Shown in pieces: positions 19,061 to 31,000 of a stretch of DNA of 64,000 bases (its first letter is position 1; each line of letters starts with the position of its first letter). The stretch is from Candidatus Magasanikbacteria bacterium CG10_big_fil_rev_8_21_14_0_10_36_32 (GTDB lineage Bacteria; Patescibacteriota; Patescibacteriia; Magasanikbacterales; GWA2-37-8): assembly GCA_002778465.1 (NCBI GenBank), contig PFBV01000002.1, positions 2,312-66,311 of the forward strand, read 5' to 3'. A model generated the notes under the pieces. It was given only the letters and a program-made list of their open reading frames with translations, searched no databases and was not told the origin of the DNA. The position numbers and the translations under genes are program-made.

Positions 19061-20403
19061 TATTTAATATGTTATCTCGCCTTACTAATTATCTTATCCT
19101 CTTATTTTTATTTGCGTTGCCTTTTCAAACCCGTTGGATTATTGAATATGGAATTTTAAATAATCGTCCATGGGAATTTGGGACTATCAGTTTGTATGGT
19201 ACGGAATTTTTTTTATGGCTGATAGTGATTTTGACCGGCATTCGGATTTTTGGCCGACCGGATTTTTGGAAATCATTCTCAAATTGTAGAATCAATGCTG
19301 ATTATTTTAAAATGCACAAAAAAAATATATTGGCTGTTTTGATTTTTTTATTCAGCACGGCTGTTTTTATACGTTCCGGCAATCCGATATCATGGCAATT
19401 TACCACTTGGTTTTTGGGAGGAATATGTTTAATGATTTCAATAGCTGTATCTGAATTATCTTTTTCCCGTGCCGGCATGACATTGTGGTTAAGCGGGGTT
19501 GTGCAAGGAGTATTGGCAGTTCAACAATTTTTTTATCAAAAAATTATTGGTTCAAAATGGTTAGGTATGTCCGCACAAAATTCAAGTGACTCAGGAGTTA
19601 GTGTGGTGCAGTTTGGTGACGAACGCTGGCTGAGAGCCTATGGCAGTTTTGGATGGCCTAATTCTTTGGGAATTTATTTAGCAGTTATCTTTGTTTTGGG
19701 TTTAATTTTATATTTTTATTTTTCTAAAACTAAATGGCGAATATTAATCCTGGTGGGACAATTGATTATTCTAACGGGGTTATTATTGTCTTTTTCCCGC
19801 GGTGCTTGGTTGGCGGCAGTTGGCGGTTTGCTTATTTTTGGGTTGATTGCTTGGAATAATCTGCCTTTTGAATTTACGCGGCGTAAATTTTATAGTCAAT
19901 TTGTAAAACAGTTGGCAGTTTATGCGGTATTAGTAATCAGTCTGGTGACGATTTATTTTCCAGTTTTTACAAATCGGTTTAATACAGGTAATTATTTGGA
20001 ATATTTATCTATAACGGAACGGCAAGATCAATTGAATGTTGCTGGTCAGATGATATCGGACAATTTATTTTTTGGTGTTGGCCCCGGATTGTACACTAAT
20101 TATTTGGCTAGATATTTTGTTTCGCCGACATATGGAGTTTATCAGCCTGTCCATAATATTTTTTTATTAGCACTGGCTGAATTGGGTATATTTGTGTTTT
20201 TATTTATTTTGGTCTTTGTCTTTTGGTTGATTAAAAAAATCGGTCGCGCCGGACCGATTTATTTTTCCGTTTTGACAGTTTTGTTTTTAGCCGGTTTTTA
20301 TGATCATTTTCTTTGGAGTTTATACGCCGGTCAGTTGATTTGGTGGGTGGTTTTGGCTTTAGGATTAATGTTAAAAAAATCGCAATCCAATATTGAAAAA
20401 TAA
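19039..20403 (+). CDS. O-antigen ligase (Wzy_C) family membrane protein
   Basis: Polytopic; SFSRGAWLAAVGG motif. Confidence 0.7.
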   Translation: MEKQNKLIFNMLSRLTNYLILLFLFALPFQTRWIIEYGILNNRPWEFGTISLYGTEFFLWLIVILTGIRIFGRPDFWKSFSNCRINADYFKMHKKNILAVLIFLFSTAVFIRSGNPISWQFTTWFLGGICLMISIAVSELSFSRAGMTLWLSGVVQGVLAVQQFFYQKIIGSKWLGMSAQNSSDSGVSVVQFGDERWLRAYGSFGWPNSLGIYLAVIFVLGLILYFYFSKTKWRILILVGQLIILTGLLLSFSRGAWLAAVGGLLIFGLIAWNNLPFEFTRRKFYSQFVKQLAVYAVLVISLVTIYFPVFTNRFNTGNYLEYLSITERQDQLNVAGQMISDNLFFGVGPGLYTNYLARYFVSPTYGVYQPVHNIFLLALAELGIFVFLFILVFVFWLIKKIGRAGPIYFSVLTVLFLAGFYDHFLWSLYAGQLIWWVVLALGLMLKKSQSNIEK

Positions 20404-20450
20404 TAAAAAATTATTATTTTATTTGTTTTGTTTTTAAAATAAATAACAAA

Positions 20451-20487
20451 AATAATACCCATTCTAATGGGTATTATTGTTTTTTTA
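20451..20487 (+). terminator. Rho-independent terminator (member of the ATACCCATT...AATGGGTAT palindrome family)
   Basis: AATAATACCCATT-CTA-ATGGGTATTATT hairpin plus TGTTTTTTT. Confidence 0.6.
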
Positions 20488-20565
20488 TAAAAAAGCCAGC
20501 CATGTTGATTTTTATTTAAAATTAAGGTAAAATTTTATTATTCAGCCAACCGATATAATCTTTTT

Positions 20566-21192
20566 ATGATTACCCATATAATTGAATTTTTAGCCAATAT
20601 TGTAATCAATGTTATTGATTGGTCGGGATATGCCGGCGTTTTTTTTCTTATGTTGGTGGAGAGTTGCGGGATTCCAATGCCTTCGGAGGTAATTATGCCG
20701 TTTGCCGGCTTTTTGGTTTCCAAAGGAAAATTGTTATTTTGGGCAGTGGTGTTTCTGGGTGCGGCAGGAAATTTAATCGGATCTTGGCTGGCTTATTTTA
20801 TTGGAGTTAAAGGTGGACGGCCTTTGTTGGAAAAATATGGCAAGTATATTTTAATTTCTAGGCATGATTTGGATGTGGCTGACAGGTGGTTTGTCCGTTA
20901 TGGAGAGGCGACTGTATTTTTTGGTCGTTTGTTGCCGGTTGTTCGTACTTTTATTTCTTTTCCGGCTGGAGTGGCAAAAATGAATTTTAAAAAGTTTTCT
21001 TTTTATACTTTTGCTGGCGCTTTACCCTGGTCATTATTATTTGCTTGGTTGGGTGTAAAAATGGGAAATAATTGGGATTTAATTCGTGCAAAATTACACA
21101 GTTTTGATTTATTTATAGGTTGTCTTGTTTTGATTTTAATAATTTGGTATATTTGGCGACATTTAAAACATCGGCGTGAATATGTTAAATAG
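20566..21192 (+). CDS. DedA/SNARE-associated family membrane protein
   Basis: VESCGIPMPSEVIMPFAGFL signature. Confidence 0.8.
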   Translation: MITHIIEFLANIVINVIDWSGYAGVFFLMLVESCGIPMPSEVIMPFAGFLVSKGKLLFWAVVFLGAAGNLIGSWLAYFIGVKGGRPLLEKYGKYILISRHDLDVADRWFVRYGEATVFFGRLLPVVRTFISFPAGVAKMNFKKFSFYTFAGALPWSLLFAWLGVKMGNNWDLIRAKLHSFDLFIGCLVLILIIWYIWRHLKHRREYVK

Positions 21193-21685
21193 TTTTTTAG
21201 AAATAGTTATTAATTTTTTTTCAGTCTTTCCGCGGGATTTGGCTGTTTTTTTACTTAGTATGTTTCCGGTTGGTGAATTGAAATTATCTTTGCCGGTAGG
21301 ACTTTTGGTTTATCATTTGCCGATTTGGCAGGTAGTAGTTTTGTCAATCGTCGGAAATATGATTCCGACTACTGTAATTTTATTTTTTGCCGACCGCTTT
21401 CATTGTTGGGTGGAAAAACGATCCGGATTTTTTTCCAAGAGATGGATTAATACTCTTGCTAAAATACAAAAAAAATTTTCCGGTCGATATGAAAAATATG
21501 GTTTGATTATTTTAGTGTTGATAACCAGTATTCCCGTACCTGGTTCGGGCGCTTATGCTGGCGCGTTAGCCGCTTTAGTTTTTGGTATTTCGGTAAAAAA
21601 ATCCTTGCCTTGTATTTTTTCCGGTATCTTATTATCAACCCTGATAATTATATTGTTAACTATTGGTGTGGATAAGGTGTTCTAA
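21176..21685 (+). CDS. Putative small multidrug-export-like membrane protein (COG2426/PF06695-like)
   Basis: FPVGELKLSLPVGL motif; four TM helices. Confidence 0.5.
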   Translation: MNMLNSFLEIVINFFSVFPRDLAVFLLSMFPVGELKLSLPVGLLVYHLPIWQVVVLSIVGNMIPTTVILFFADRFHCWVEKRSGFFSKRWINTLAKIQKKFSGRYEKYGLIILVLITSIPVPGSGAYAGALAALVFGISVKKSLPCIFSGILLSTLIIILLTIGVDKVF

Positions 21686-21875
21686 GCAAAAATCATAAGT
21701 TTCAATGGCCAAACCCTGAACAATTTTATTTCAAATACCAAAGTCCAAATGTTAAAACCAAAACCTTTAATATTAAAAGTTAAATTAAAAATAGTAATGG
21801 TGTGTTTTTATCCTAGATTTGAGGTTTTGAGTTGTGGATTTGACATTTAACATTTGAGTTTTAAGATTATTTATT

Positions 21876-22949
21876 ATGTCTGATCGTTTGAAAAAAATTC
21901 AAGAAAAAATAGTAGAAGTATCCAAACTTTTAAAATTGGATGATTTAAAAAATAAAATGTCTCAGTTATCCGATGAAATGAACGCTTCTGATTTTTGGCA
22001 AAATCGTGAAAATGCCCAAGCGGTATCGCAAGATTATGAAGATATAAAAAAAGAATTGGAAAAATGGAAAGCGATTGAAACGAAAGCTGCCGATTTGGCG
22101 GAATTATCAGTTGTTAATGATCAATCATTGTCCGATGAAATAGAAAAACAAACCGCGGATTTGGAAAAAGAATTTTCTGAATATGAATTATATCTTTTAT
22201 TAAATGGACCTTATGACAAAAGCAATGCTGTGGTGGCGATTCATGCCGGTTCAGGCGGAACTGAAGCGCAAGATTGGTCAGAGATGCTTTTACGAATGTT
22301 TTTAAGATTTTGCGAATCGCGTGGTTGGAAAACAAAAATTATTGATGAATCGCGCGGGCAAGAGGCCGGCTATAAGTCAATTATGTTTGAGGTGACAGGA
22401 CGTTATGCTTTTGGTTATTTAAAATCTGAACACGGTGTTCACCGTTTGGTTCGTATTTCTCCGTTTGACGCAGAAAAAATGCGTCACACGTCATTTGCAT
22501 TAATTGAAGTATTGCCGGAATTGGATGATAAAATTGACATTAAATTGGAAACAAAAGATTTAAGAATTGATACTTTTATGTCCGGCGGACATGGTGGTCA
22601 AAGTGTTAATACCACTTATTCGGCGGTGCGAATTGTGCATATTCCGACTAATATTAGTGTTTCTTGTCAAAACGAGCGTTCACAACAACAAAATAAAGAA
22701 ACAGCTTTAAAAATTTTAAAAGCCAAATTATATCGTTTGGAAGAAGAAAAAAAAGCTAAAGAAAGAAATGAAATGCGCGGTGAATATAAATCAGCTGAAT
22801 GGGGCAATCAAATTCGTTCCTATGTGTTACATCCATATCATATGGTAAAAGATCACAGGACGGAGTATGAGTCGTCTGATCCCGAAGGAGTTTTGGAAGG
22901 AAATTTATTGCCATTGTCTGAAGCGTATTTAAAGTGGATTAAACAATAA
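21876..22949 (+). CDS. prfB: Peptide chain release factor 2 (no programmed frameshift)
   Basis: SPF motif, GGQ motif (GGHGGQSVNT); continuous reading frame from the ATG. Confidence 0.9.
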   Translation: MSDRLKKIQEKIVEVSKLLKLDDLKNKMSQLSDEMNASDFWQNRENAQAVSQDYEDIKKELEKWKAIETKAADLAELSVVNDQSLSDEIEKQTADLEKEFSEYELYLLLNGPYDKSNAVVAIHAGSGGTEAQDWSEMLLRMFLRFCESRGWKTKIIDESRGQEAGYKSIMFEVTGRYAFGYLKSEHGVHRLVRISPFDAEKMRHTSFALIEVLPELDDKIDIKLETKDLRIDTFMSGGHGGQSVNTTYSAVRIVHIPTNISVSCQNERSQQQNKETALKILKAKLYRLEEEKKAKERNEMRGEYKSAEWGNQIRSYVLHPYHMVKDHRTEYESSDPEGVLEGNLLPLSEAYLKWIKQ

Positions 22950-22961
22950 AATGAAATTTTT

Positions 22962-23585
22962 ATGATTATTTTAAAAATAACCGATTTGGATAAGGTGGTG
23001 GAATTATTGCGAAAAGGAAAAGAAATAATTTTTCCGACTGAAACTTCGTATGGATTGGGTTGTGATGCCACCAATCAATTTGCAGTTGATACAATATTTA
23101 AGATAAAAGAAAGACCGATTGCCAAATCGTTGTTGATTATTGTGTTAAACGCGGAAACGGCTAAAAAATATTTGGTTTGGAATGAAATGTTGGAAAAAAT
23201 CAGCCAAAAATATTGGCCCGGTCCTCTGACCGTGATAGGAAGTTATAAAAAAAATCCGTTTTGGCAATTTTGGAAAAAAAATTTAGCTCGCGGTGTGGTT
23301 GGTACTGATAACAGCGTGGCTGTTCGCGTGACCGATTATCCTTTGATGAGTGAATTATCAGCCAGATTGGGTTGTCCGATAGTAGCCACATCAGCCAATG
23401 TTTCAGGCAATGGAGATTTTTATAATAGTCAGGAAGTTATCGGTCAATTTTCCGATCAGAAATTTTCTCCGGATGCTTTGATTGACGGCGGAGCTTTGCC
23501 TTTAAGATCGCCAACCACTATTGTTAGTGTAATTGATAATAAATTAAAAGTTTTGCGGCAAGGAGAATGTATTGTTGAAATATAA
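22962..23585 (+). CDS. tsaC: L-threonylcarbamoyladenylate synthase TsaC/YrdC
   Basis: YrdC signature IFPTETSYGLGCDATN. Confidence 0.8.
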   Translation: MIILKITDLDKVVELLRKGKEIIFPTETSYGLGCDATNQFAVDTIFKIKERPIAKSLLIIVLNAETAKKYLVWNEMLEKISQKYWPGPLTVIGSYKKNPFWQFWKKNLARGVVGTDNSVAVRVTDYPLMSELSARLGCPIVATSANVSGNGDFYNSQEVIGQFSDQKFSPDALIDGGALPLRSPTTIVSVIDNKLKVLRQGECIVEI

Positions 23586-23634
23586 AAATAGTTAAAGATT
23601 CTTAAGTTTAATTAAAAAATTTATTTTACTGGAT

Positions 23635-24786
23635 ATGGTAATAGTTTATCCGACAAAATTATTCGGCTGGGCGATGATTATTTTATTTGCCATCAGTTCG
23701 GCTTTATTTATTGGTTCGCAAATTGTTTATACCGGCGCTTATGTGGACACGGAAATGTCATTGATGCTTCCGGCCGTTTTGTCAGATGAACACAAGTCGG
23801 ATGTTAAAACGAAATCGTCGCTCCGTGAAATTAAGGGAATTTATTTAACCGCTTATTCGGCCGGCAGTTCTAAAAAAATTGATGAAATTATCAGACTGAT
23901 AGACAGAACAGAGTTGAATGCGGTGGTGATTGATATAAAAGATTATAGTGGTTTGATTTTTTACGATAGCCAAGTTCCTTTGGTTAAGGAATTAAAATTA
24001 AAAGAAAAGCGTTTGGGCGATATTAAAGCGTTGATTGATAAGTTGCATCGCCATAAAATTTATGTGATTGCCAGACAGTCGGTTTTTCAAGACCCATTGT
24101 TGGCTGAGAAAAAAAACGATTGGGCGATAAAAAATAAAAATGGAGGTTTGTGGCGCGATAACAAAGGTTTGGCTTGGGTGGATGCGGCGAAAAAAGAAGT
24201 TTGGGATTATAATATTTTGATTGCCAAAGAGGCGGTTGCTTTGGGGTTTGATGAGATTAATTTTGATTATGTTCGTTTTCCATCTGACGGCAAAATGAGT
24301 GAAATGGTTTATTCCGGCGGAGAAAAAAAGAAATATCAAATTATGGCTGAATTTTACGCTTATGTTAGTAGGAAATTAGTTCGCGAACCGGCTTGGATTT
24401 CTATTGATATGTTTGGTTTGGTGATGGAAAAGAGTGGAGAAGATGATATGGCGATTGGTCAGCGTATTGTTGATGCGAATAATCAAGTTGATTACATTTG
24501 TCCAATGATGTATCCGTCACATTATCCGTCTGGTCATCTTGGTTTAAAAAATCCGGCTGATCATCCCTTTGAAGTGTTGGATAACGGAATGAATAAGGGT
24601 ATGACAATGTTTCAAAACACCAGGGCGCAACCGCGGCCTTGGTTGCAAGCTTTTAATTTGGGTGCTGATTATGACGCGACAAAAATTCGCGAGCAAATTG
24701 ATGCGGTGGAAAAATATGCTTCGGCAGGTTGGCTTTTGTGGAATGCCAGCAATAGATATAGTGATGCGGGATTAAAGTTAAATTAA
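23635..24786 (+). CDS. Putative glycoside-hydrolase-like TIM-barrel protein (DUF4015/GHL family), membrane anchored
   Basis: N-terminal TM helix; IKGIYLTAYSAG...NAVVIDIKD...DEINFDYVRFPSDG pattern. Confidence 0.5.
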   Translation: MVIVYPTKLFGWAMIILFAISSALFIGSQIVYTGAYVDTEMSLMLPAVLSDEHKSDVKTKSSLREIKGIYLTAYSAGSSKKIDEIIRLIDRTELNAVVIDIKDYSGLIFYDSQVPLVKELKLKEKRLGDIKALIDKLHRHKIYVIARQSVFQDPLLAEKKNDWAIKNKNGGLWRDNKGLAWVDAAKKEVWDYNILIAKEAVALGFDEINFDYVRFPSDGKMSEMVYSGGEKKKYQIMAEFYAYVSRKLVREPAWISIDMFGLVMEKSGEDDMAIGQRIVDANNQVDYICPMMYPSHYPSGHLGLKNPADHPFEVLDNGMNKGMTMFQNTRAQPRPWLQAFNLGADYDATKIREQIDAVEKYASAGWLLWNASNRYSDAGLKLN

Positions 24787-24798
24787 AATTATCAGATT

Positions 24799-25644
24799 AT
24801 GCCAAATTTATTCAATCAAGATTATTTGGCGCATCTTTGCGGAAAATATAATCTTCAACCGTCTAAGCATTACGGTCAGAATTTTTTAATTAATTTTGAG
24901 CCGGTTGAAAAGATGATTGATATATCCGATTTATCAGCTGATGATTCGGTGGTGGAAATTGGTCCGGGTTTTGGCGGTTTAACTTTTGTTTTGGCGGCTA
25001 AAACAAAAAAAGTTTTAGCTTTTGAAATTGAGAAAAAAATATCAGCTTATTGGGAAGAACAAATTAAAAAATACCCAAATATAGAAATTGTTTGGGGAAA
25101 TATTTTAAAACAAAATATAAATTTAAAATTAGAAGCAGGAAATTATAAAGTAGTGGCTAATTTGCCATATCAAATTACTTCATCGGTTATCAGATTTTTT
25201 TTGGAAGCGGAAAATCCGCCGGAGATTATGGTTTTAATGGTTCAAAAAGAAGTGGCGGACAGAATTTGCGCCGAGGCGGGGGATATGTCTTTATTATCGG
25301 TGGCGGTTCAATATTACGCTAAGGCGGAAATTGTCGCTCAAGTTTCGCGTTTAAATTTTTGGCCGGCGCCAAAAGTTGATTCGGCAATAATAAAATTATC
25401 AGTCAATAATCATCAGTCGGTTAAAAATAGTGAAGAATTTTTTAGAATTGTAAAAATTGGATTTGCCAATCGCCGAAAAATGCTGATAAAAAATTTGGAA
25501 TCAATTGTCGGTAAAAAAAACAGATCAAACTTAGAAAAAATTTTTATAAAATTGGATTTAAATCAAAAAATTCGAGCGCAAGAATTATCAGTGGAAAAAT
25601 GGAAACAGTTAACTGATTTATTGAAGCCGATTATCACTATTTAA
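24799..25644 (+). CDS. rsmA: 16S rRNA (adenine1518/1519-N6)-dimethyltransferase RsmA/KsgA
   Basis: HYGQNFLIN and VVEIGPGFGGLT motifs. Confidence 0.9.
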   Translation: MPNLFNQDYLAHLCGKYNLQPSKHYGQNFLINFEPVEKMIDISDLSADDSVVEIGPGFGGLTFVLAAKTKKVLAFEIEKKISAYWEEQIKKYPNIEIVWGNILKQNINLKLEAGNYKVVANLPYQITSSVIRFFLEAENPPEIMVLMVQKEVADRICAEAGDMSLLSVAVQYYAKAEIVAQVSRLNFWPAPKVDSAIIKLSVNNHQSVKNSEEFFRIVKIGFANRRKMLIKNLESIVGKKNRSNLEKIFIKLDLNQKIRAQELSVEKWKQLTDLLKPIITI

Positions 25645-25688
25645 TGTTGTTTTGATTTATGTTATAATTGATAAAGCTTTATAAAATT

Positions 25689-26354
25689 ATGATAGAGGAA
25701 CAAAATCAAGAAAATTCGCAAAATCAGTTTTCCAAAGAACATAAAATCGGGTTGGTTTTATTATCGCTTTTTGCCGTTTTAGCGGTTGGTTTGGGTATTT
25801 TACAAATTAGAAATAATGCTTATCGTCCGTTTGCTTTAAACAATTCAATCCCGCCATTTTTAAATGAAGAAATAAATACCGAGGAAGCATTGCGTTACCG
25901 TGATACGGATTTAGATGGCTTGAATGATTTTGATGAATTATATATTTACAGCACCAGTCCCTATTTGGAGGATACTGATTCTGATGGGGTTAAAGACAAA
26001 GAGGAAATTGACAAAGGACGAAATCCTCTTTGTTATGAAGGAAAAAATTGCGGTTTTAATGATATGAGCATTAATGCCAGTTCATTTCCGGCCAAACAGG
26101 ATAATGTAGCTTTATATGGCGAAGCGGCTCCGCAATCAATGGAAGAATATTTGCAGAATCCTGACACCATTCGTGAATTGTTACTTACTTCAGGTTTGAG
26201 TCAGGAACTAGTTAATAAATTAACTGATGATGATTTAAAGACAATGGCTGGAGAAATTTTTGCATCCACTACTTTAATGACTGCGTCAAGTACGTCGGAT
26301 GAAACTGATTTGAGCGCCACCGCTGAATTTATAAATGATTTAATGAATAAATAA
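25689..26354 (+). CDS. Membrane-anchored protein with thrombospondin-type-3-like Ca-binding repeats
   Basis: DTDLDGLNDFDE and DTDSDGVKDKEE repeats; N-terminal TM helix. ATG at 25689 (ORF track uses a TTG at 25668). Confidence 0.45.
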   Translation: MIEEQNQENSQNQFSKEHKIGLVLLSLFAVLAVGLGILQIRNNAYRPFALNNSIPPFLNEEINTEEALRYRDTDLDGLNDFDELYIYSTSPYLEDTDSDGVKDKEEIDKGRNPLCYEGKNCGFNDMSINASSFPAKQDNVALYGEAAPQSMEEYLQNPDTIRELLLTSGLSQELVNKLTDDDLKTMAGEIFASTTLMTASSTSDETDLSATAEFINDLMNK

Positions 26355-26365
26355 TAATTTTTTAT

Positions 26366-27898
26366 ATGCCACAAAAGAAAATTGTGGTTTGGTTAATTAT
26401 GATTTTTGTATGCGGCGCGTTAGTACGACTGCCGCATTTTTTAACTGTCATTCCCAACGCCGGAGTTTGGGAGTCAAAAATCGCTTGGTATGATGAGGTT
26501 TTGTCTATTCATTTTGCTTCACAAGAAATAAATAGCACAATCGCTTTATCAGGTTTAGACACCAGTCCGTGTCTTTTTTTTATGATTCTTCATTTTTGGC
26601 TTTTGATTTTTAGTAACGCCAGTGTGTTTGTTGCGGCCATTCTGCCTTTTTTGTTCAGTTTAGCCGGCATTGTCGCTATTTATTTTCTCGGTCGGAGAAT
26701 TTACGACGAAAAAATTGGTTTGTTTTCCGCCGCTTTGCTTGCTTTATCTCCTTTAAATATTCAATATGCCACAGAAATCAGAGTCTATTCATTATTGGTT
26801 TTTTTGACAATTTTATTTTTGTTGTTTTTGTGGCGAATTAAGGATTTGAGCAAAATAAAAGATTGGACAGGATTTATCATCTGTTCTTTATTATTGCTGT
26901 ATGCTCATTATACGGCAATAATTTTAATTATTTTTGGTTTTATGTTTTTAGTGTTTTTTAAAAGAAATGAAACCAAGAAAATAATTTTTTCTTTTTTTGC
27001 AATCTCTGTTGGAGTAATTCCTTTAATTTTAATTTTTCAAAGATGGACGGATTTTGTCGGCGCAAATTTTTCTTTTTTTAGCCGTTTTTTTTCACATGGC
27101 GGTTTGTTGTCATTTTTTCAATATTTATATTTTATTTCTTTCGGTTCATCCGGCGCCGATGGAGCGATGATAATTTTTTCGTTGTTGATTGCCGGTTTTT
27201 TTATTTATTTTTGGCGGCGCTCAGTGGATATTAACAGTCGAGTTTTAATTGTTTTCGTTATTGCCGGTTGGTTGGCATTGGCCGGTTTTAAGTTTATTTA
27301 TCATGAACGATATTATTTAATTTTGACTATTCCGCTGATATTATTGGCGGCTGTCGCCTTGCGAATTGTTTTTGAAAAATATCGTCTGGTGAGCGTGATA
27401 GGCGGTTTATTGTTTTTGTTTATTTTTATTTTTTCTTGTTATATTGTTCCACCCGAGCACGCTTATAAATATTTTACGCCTGAGTTTGTTAAGATAATCA
27501 ACAGCCAATATCAAACAGGGGATGTGATAATTGCCGATCATTATAGTAAATTATTATGGAATCAATATTATCCTGGACCGGCTGAAATTAAATTATTTTT
27601 TCCTTATGAAAATGAATTGTTGCCGGCTGATTCAAATTTGCGCTGGCGATTTAGCGATTACGCCAATGTTAATTCTGACAATGTCGTTTTATTTGATAAT
27701 TTAGTAAAAAATGAACAAAGATTTTGGATTGTTATGTTTAATCCTCTAAATTATTCAGTTCAAGATCCGCAAGGATTACTGCCTGAATATTTAGACAGCC
27801 ATTATTCAAGGTGGGCGACTTATTTTTTTCCGCTTTTTGTCTCGAAAAACGACTTTCAGGTTGAATTACGATTATATGTCGTAAAACCAGCTGATTAA
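26366..27898 (+). CDS. GT-C fold membrane glycosyltransferase (GT39/GT83-like)
   Basis: About 11 TM helices; DE motif in the first extracytoplasmic loop (AWYDEV). Confidence 0.55.
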   Translation: MPQKKIVVWLIMIFVCGALVRLPHFLTVIPNAGVWESKIAWYDEVLSIHFASQEINSTIALSGLDTSPCLFFMILHFWLLIFSNASVFVAAILPFLFSLAGIVAIYFLGRRIYDEKIGLFSAALLALSPLNIQYATEIRVYSLLVFLTILFLLFLWRIKDLSKIKDWTGFIICSLLLLYAHYTAIILIIFGFMFLVFFKRNETKKIIFSFFAISVGVIPLILIFQRWTDFVGANFSFFSRFFSHGGLLSFFQYLYFISFGSSGADGAMIIFSLLIAGFFIYFWRRSVDINSRVLIVFVIAGWLALAGFKFIYHERYYLILTIPLILLAAVALRIVFEKYRLVSVIGGLLFLFIFIFSCYIVPPEHAYKYFTPEFVKIINSQYQTGDVIIADHYSKLLWNQYYPGPAEIKLFFPYENELLPADSNLRWRFSDYANVNSDNVVLFDNLVKNEQRFWIVMFNPLNYSVQDPQGLLPEYLDSHYSRWATYFFPLFVSKNDFQVELRLYVVKPAD

Positions 27899-28030
27899 AT
27901 TGAAAAGTTATTCACATTTTTAGCTATTCCAAGCATTCGTATTGTGTTATACTAATATAGTAATTGAACAGTTTATGATTGAGCCAAAAAAATATTTTTT
28001 CTCAAACAAATTGGCTTGATTTTGATATTT

Positions 28031-31000
28031 ATGATGAAATGTCCGCGAAAAATTAGTCTGAAAATTTTAATGGCCTTATTTATCGTGTCAGGTTTTTTTG
28101 GCACGGCGATTTTTGGAGTGGAAAAAGCTCAGGCGCAATACGATAATCAAATCAATGCTTCGTTTTTATCTTGGCAGGCGCAGGGTGAAGCGGAAAAAGC
28201 CAAGGCCGAAGTTCAGTCAAATTTATTGAAGAATAAAAATTACATGGTGATGAATGCGGTTATTAATGCCATGAGTTATTTTGCCAATAAAATTTCTTAT
28301 GATATGGCTGTTTGGCTGGCATCGGGTGGAAAAGGACAAGCGCCGTTTTCAAGTACTTCCGGATTTTTTAAATATTTAGGGCAAGTAACCGGAGATTCTC
28401 TCGGTGAATCGCTTGGTTCATTGGGTGAGAGTCTTGGTTTAAATATCTGCGATTTGCCGGATCCGCGGCTGGACTTGGCGCTTCAATTAGGTTTAAATTT
28501 TCATTATGCTGAACCGACACCGAAATGTTCCTGGCAGGATTTAAAAAAAGCTTACAGCGTGGAAAATTTTAAAAGTAAATATCTGAGTCAGGAAGGAACC
28601 ATTGGAAGGTTGTCCGCTTCAGTGACGGTTAAAGATACTGATTTTGGCATTTGGACTGACGCTCGCGCTAAGATTGACGGCATAGCTGTTCAAAAAGAAA
28701 ATGCCGCCCAAGCTGATCGTGAAGAAGGAAGCGGTATGAAAGCTGTAACCGATTTAATTTCCGGACAAGTTAAAACGCCGGCCGTGGTAGTGAAAGACAC
28801 GATGATGAAACAGTCGGCTGACAGTAAAATGACAAAAGAGGAAGCAAAAAAGACCGGTGAGGTTTGGGGAGCTTTCGGCGCGGGCGCTACTCAAGTCGCG
28901 TATAAAGCGGCCAGCACTTTTATCAGTACCATGCTTGGTACGGTGCTTAAGAATTTTATGGAGGGTGGTATGTTGCCGGGAGGACACAAAGTTTGTAATC
29001 CGGGTTTGACATTGACCGGTGTTAATTTGGAACCGTGTTCCAGTGATTCTTCAGGCGGCAATAATTTAGCTGATAATTATTACGCTGACGCCAGAAATAC
29101 TGATAATCGTGCCGCCGCTCAAGCTATGTTTAGCCAATTGTTGATACCCCAAATAAAAACTCTGGATAATTATAATTTGATTGCCAGTTTGGCGGAATGT
29201 TCACCTGAAAATTTATCGCCGGACAGTTGTGTGGTAGATCAATCGTTTTTACAAATTTTACAGTCAGCCGATAATGGAGAATCTTTAACTGTTAAACAGG
29301 CGATGGAAAAAGGCTGGCTACACGGAGATTGGAAAATGATTTCATCGCTTGATAAAGCCGCTTCGCAAAAACAAGATTGTTCCCAGAGCGCTTATTGTCA
29401 GCGTAATATGACATTTTTGCGTCAAGCCAGAATTTTGTCGGTTGGTTTTGAATTTGCCGCGCTTTTATCGCCGGTAAATAATCCGGTTAGCTTAAAAGAA
29501 GTAGTAGACAATTTTTATACCGTTGGCAGTCCTTATTATCATTTGATTAATCCGCATTGGGTTATTAAATTGCCAAAAATTCGCTGTAAAGCTTTTACTT
29601 TCAGTTCTATCGCTCAAAATGGCGCGCGATTGGAAGAATGTTCTGATTTGCAACATTGTGTTGGTTACAATAAAGACGGTTCTTGTCAGACTTGGGGTTA
29701 TTGTATGAAAGAACGTCCAATTTGGAAATTTAATGCCAATTACTGTGATTCGCAATATAGCACTTGTCGAGCATTTACTGATTCTGATGGAAATAGCGTC
29801 GGATATTTGGTTAGAACGTTGGATACCAGTTTTTGCGGAGAAGATACAGATGGTTGCCGTCGTTATTCGGCCGGTAAAGTTTATGCCAGCGCTACTAATT
29901 CCGTTTGGTTGCCGGAAGAAATAAAATATAATACCGTTTCTAATTATTTTTACAATTCCAGTTTATATTTTAATAAAAAACTAACCAGCTGTGACGCTAA
30001 AGATGACGGTTGTTCGGCTTTTAAATTAGCTTCTAAAACTGATACTTTATTATATTTGCGCAAAGCGCCGGATTATCTCGGTTGTTATGATGCTGATTTA
30101 AAATCAGTTCCGGCTAAATTATATGATGGAATTGCTTGGCCGAAAAATTTAACCGAATTAAGTTTGGTTACTCCGCAAAATACTGAAGCTTGTAAAAATT
30201 ATGCTCAGGTTTGTTTGCCTGAAGAAGAAAATTGCAATCTCTACACTTCTGTTTTAAATCAGGAAGCAATACCTGGTAAATTTAAACCGGCTGAAATAGT
30301 TTCCATGACCGCCGGTCAGCAATTAGTTTGGAATGATCAGTGCGATGCTTCTTGTGTCGGTTATGCCGCTTATAAAGAAATGCCAAGCAGTTATACTAAT
30401 GGAGAAAATTTGGCATATATTATTCCTTCATCCGGAAACACCTGCACATCTTATGATGCAGGTTGTTCAGCTTTTACGAATTTGAGCACCACTAATCCGT
30501 CAGGTATGGAACAAACTGAATATTTTTCTTATTTGCGTTCCTGTATTTTGCCGGATCAAACAAAACAAAAAACTTTTTATCTTTATGAAAGTTCAGAATC
30601 AGGCGGATATAAACTGCAAACTTTTGTTTTAGAAAAAGACGCTACTGGCGCGCCAAAACAAATTTGGCGAGATATATCTGAAATTGATTCATTTGGTGAT
30701 TGTGATTCAACCAGTTATGCCGCCGGAACGGCTGATCCGGATTGTCATCAGTTTAATGACGATGGTGGAAATATTTATTATAAATATCTTTCAAAAACAA
30801 TTTTAGTATCGGAAAATTGCAATCCTTATCGTTTGAACAATACCGAGTTGGTTGATGGACAATGTCCGTTTGATTTTGACGGTTTTGGCAATCGTGTTGG
30901 TAATGCGGTGGAGAAAATCAATGAGGCTTGTTATTATTATGGTTTGCCGGTAGGAGATACCAGGGGAGCAGGGGAAACAAAAGTTTGTTCAGCCGCGACT

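Noticed and set aside
21876-22949. Programmed +1 frameshift site in prfB
   Set aside because: The reading frame is continuous from the ATG through the N-terminal domain. No in-frame TGA or CTT-TGA-C shifty motif is present near codon 25. This organism encodes RF2 without autoregulatory frameshifting.
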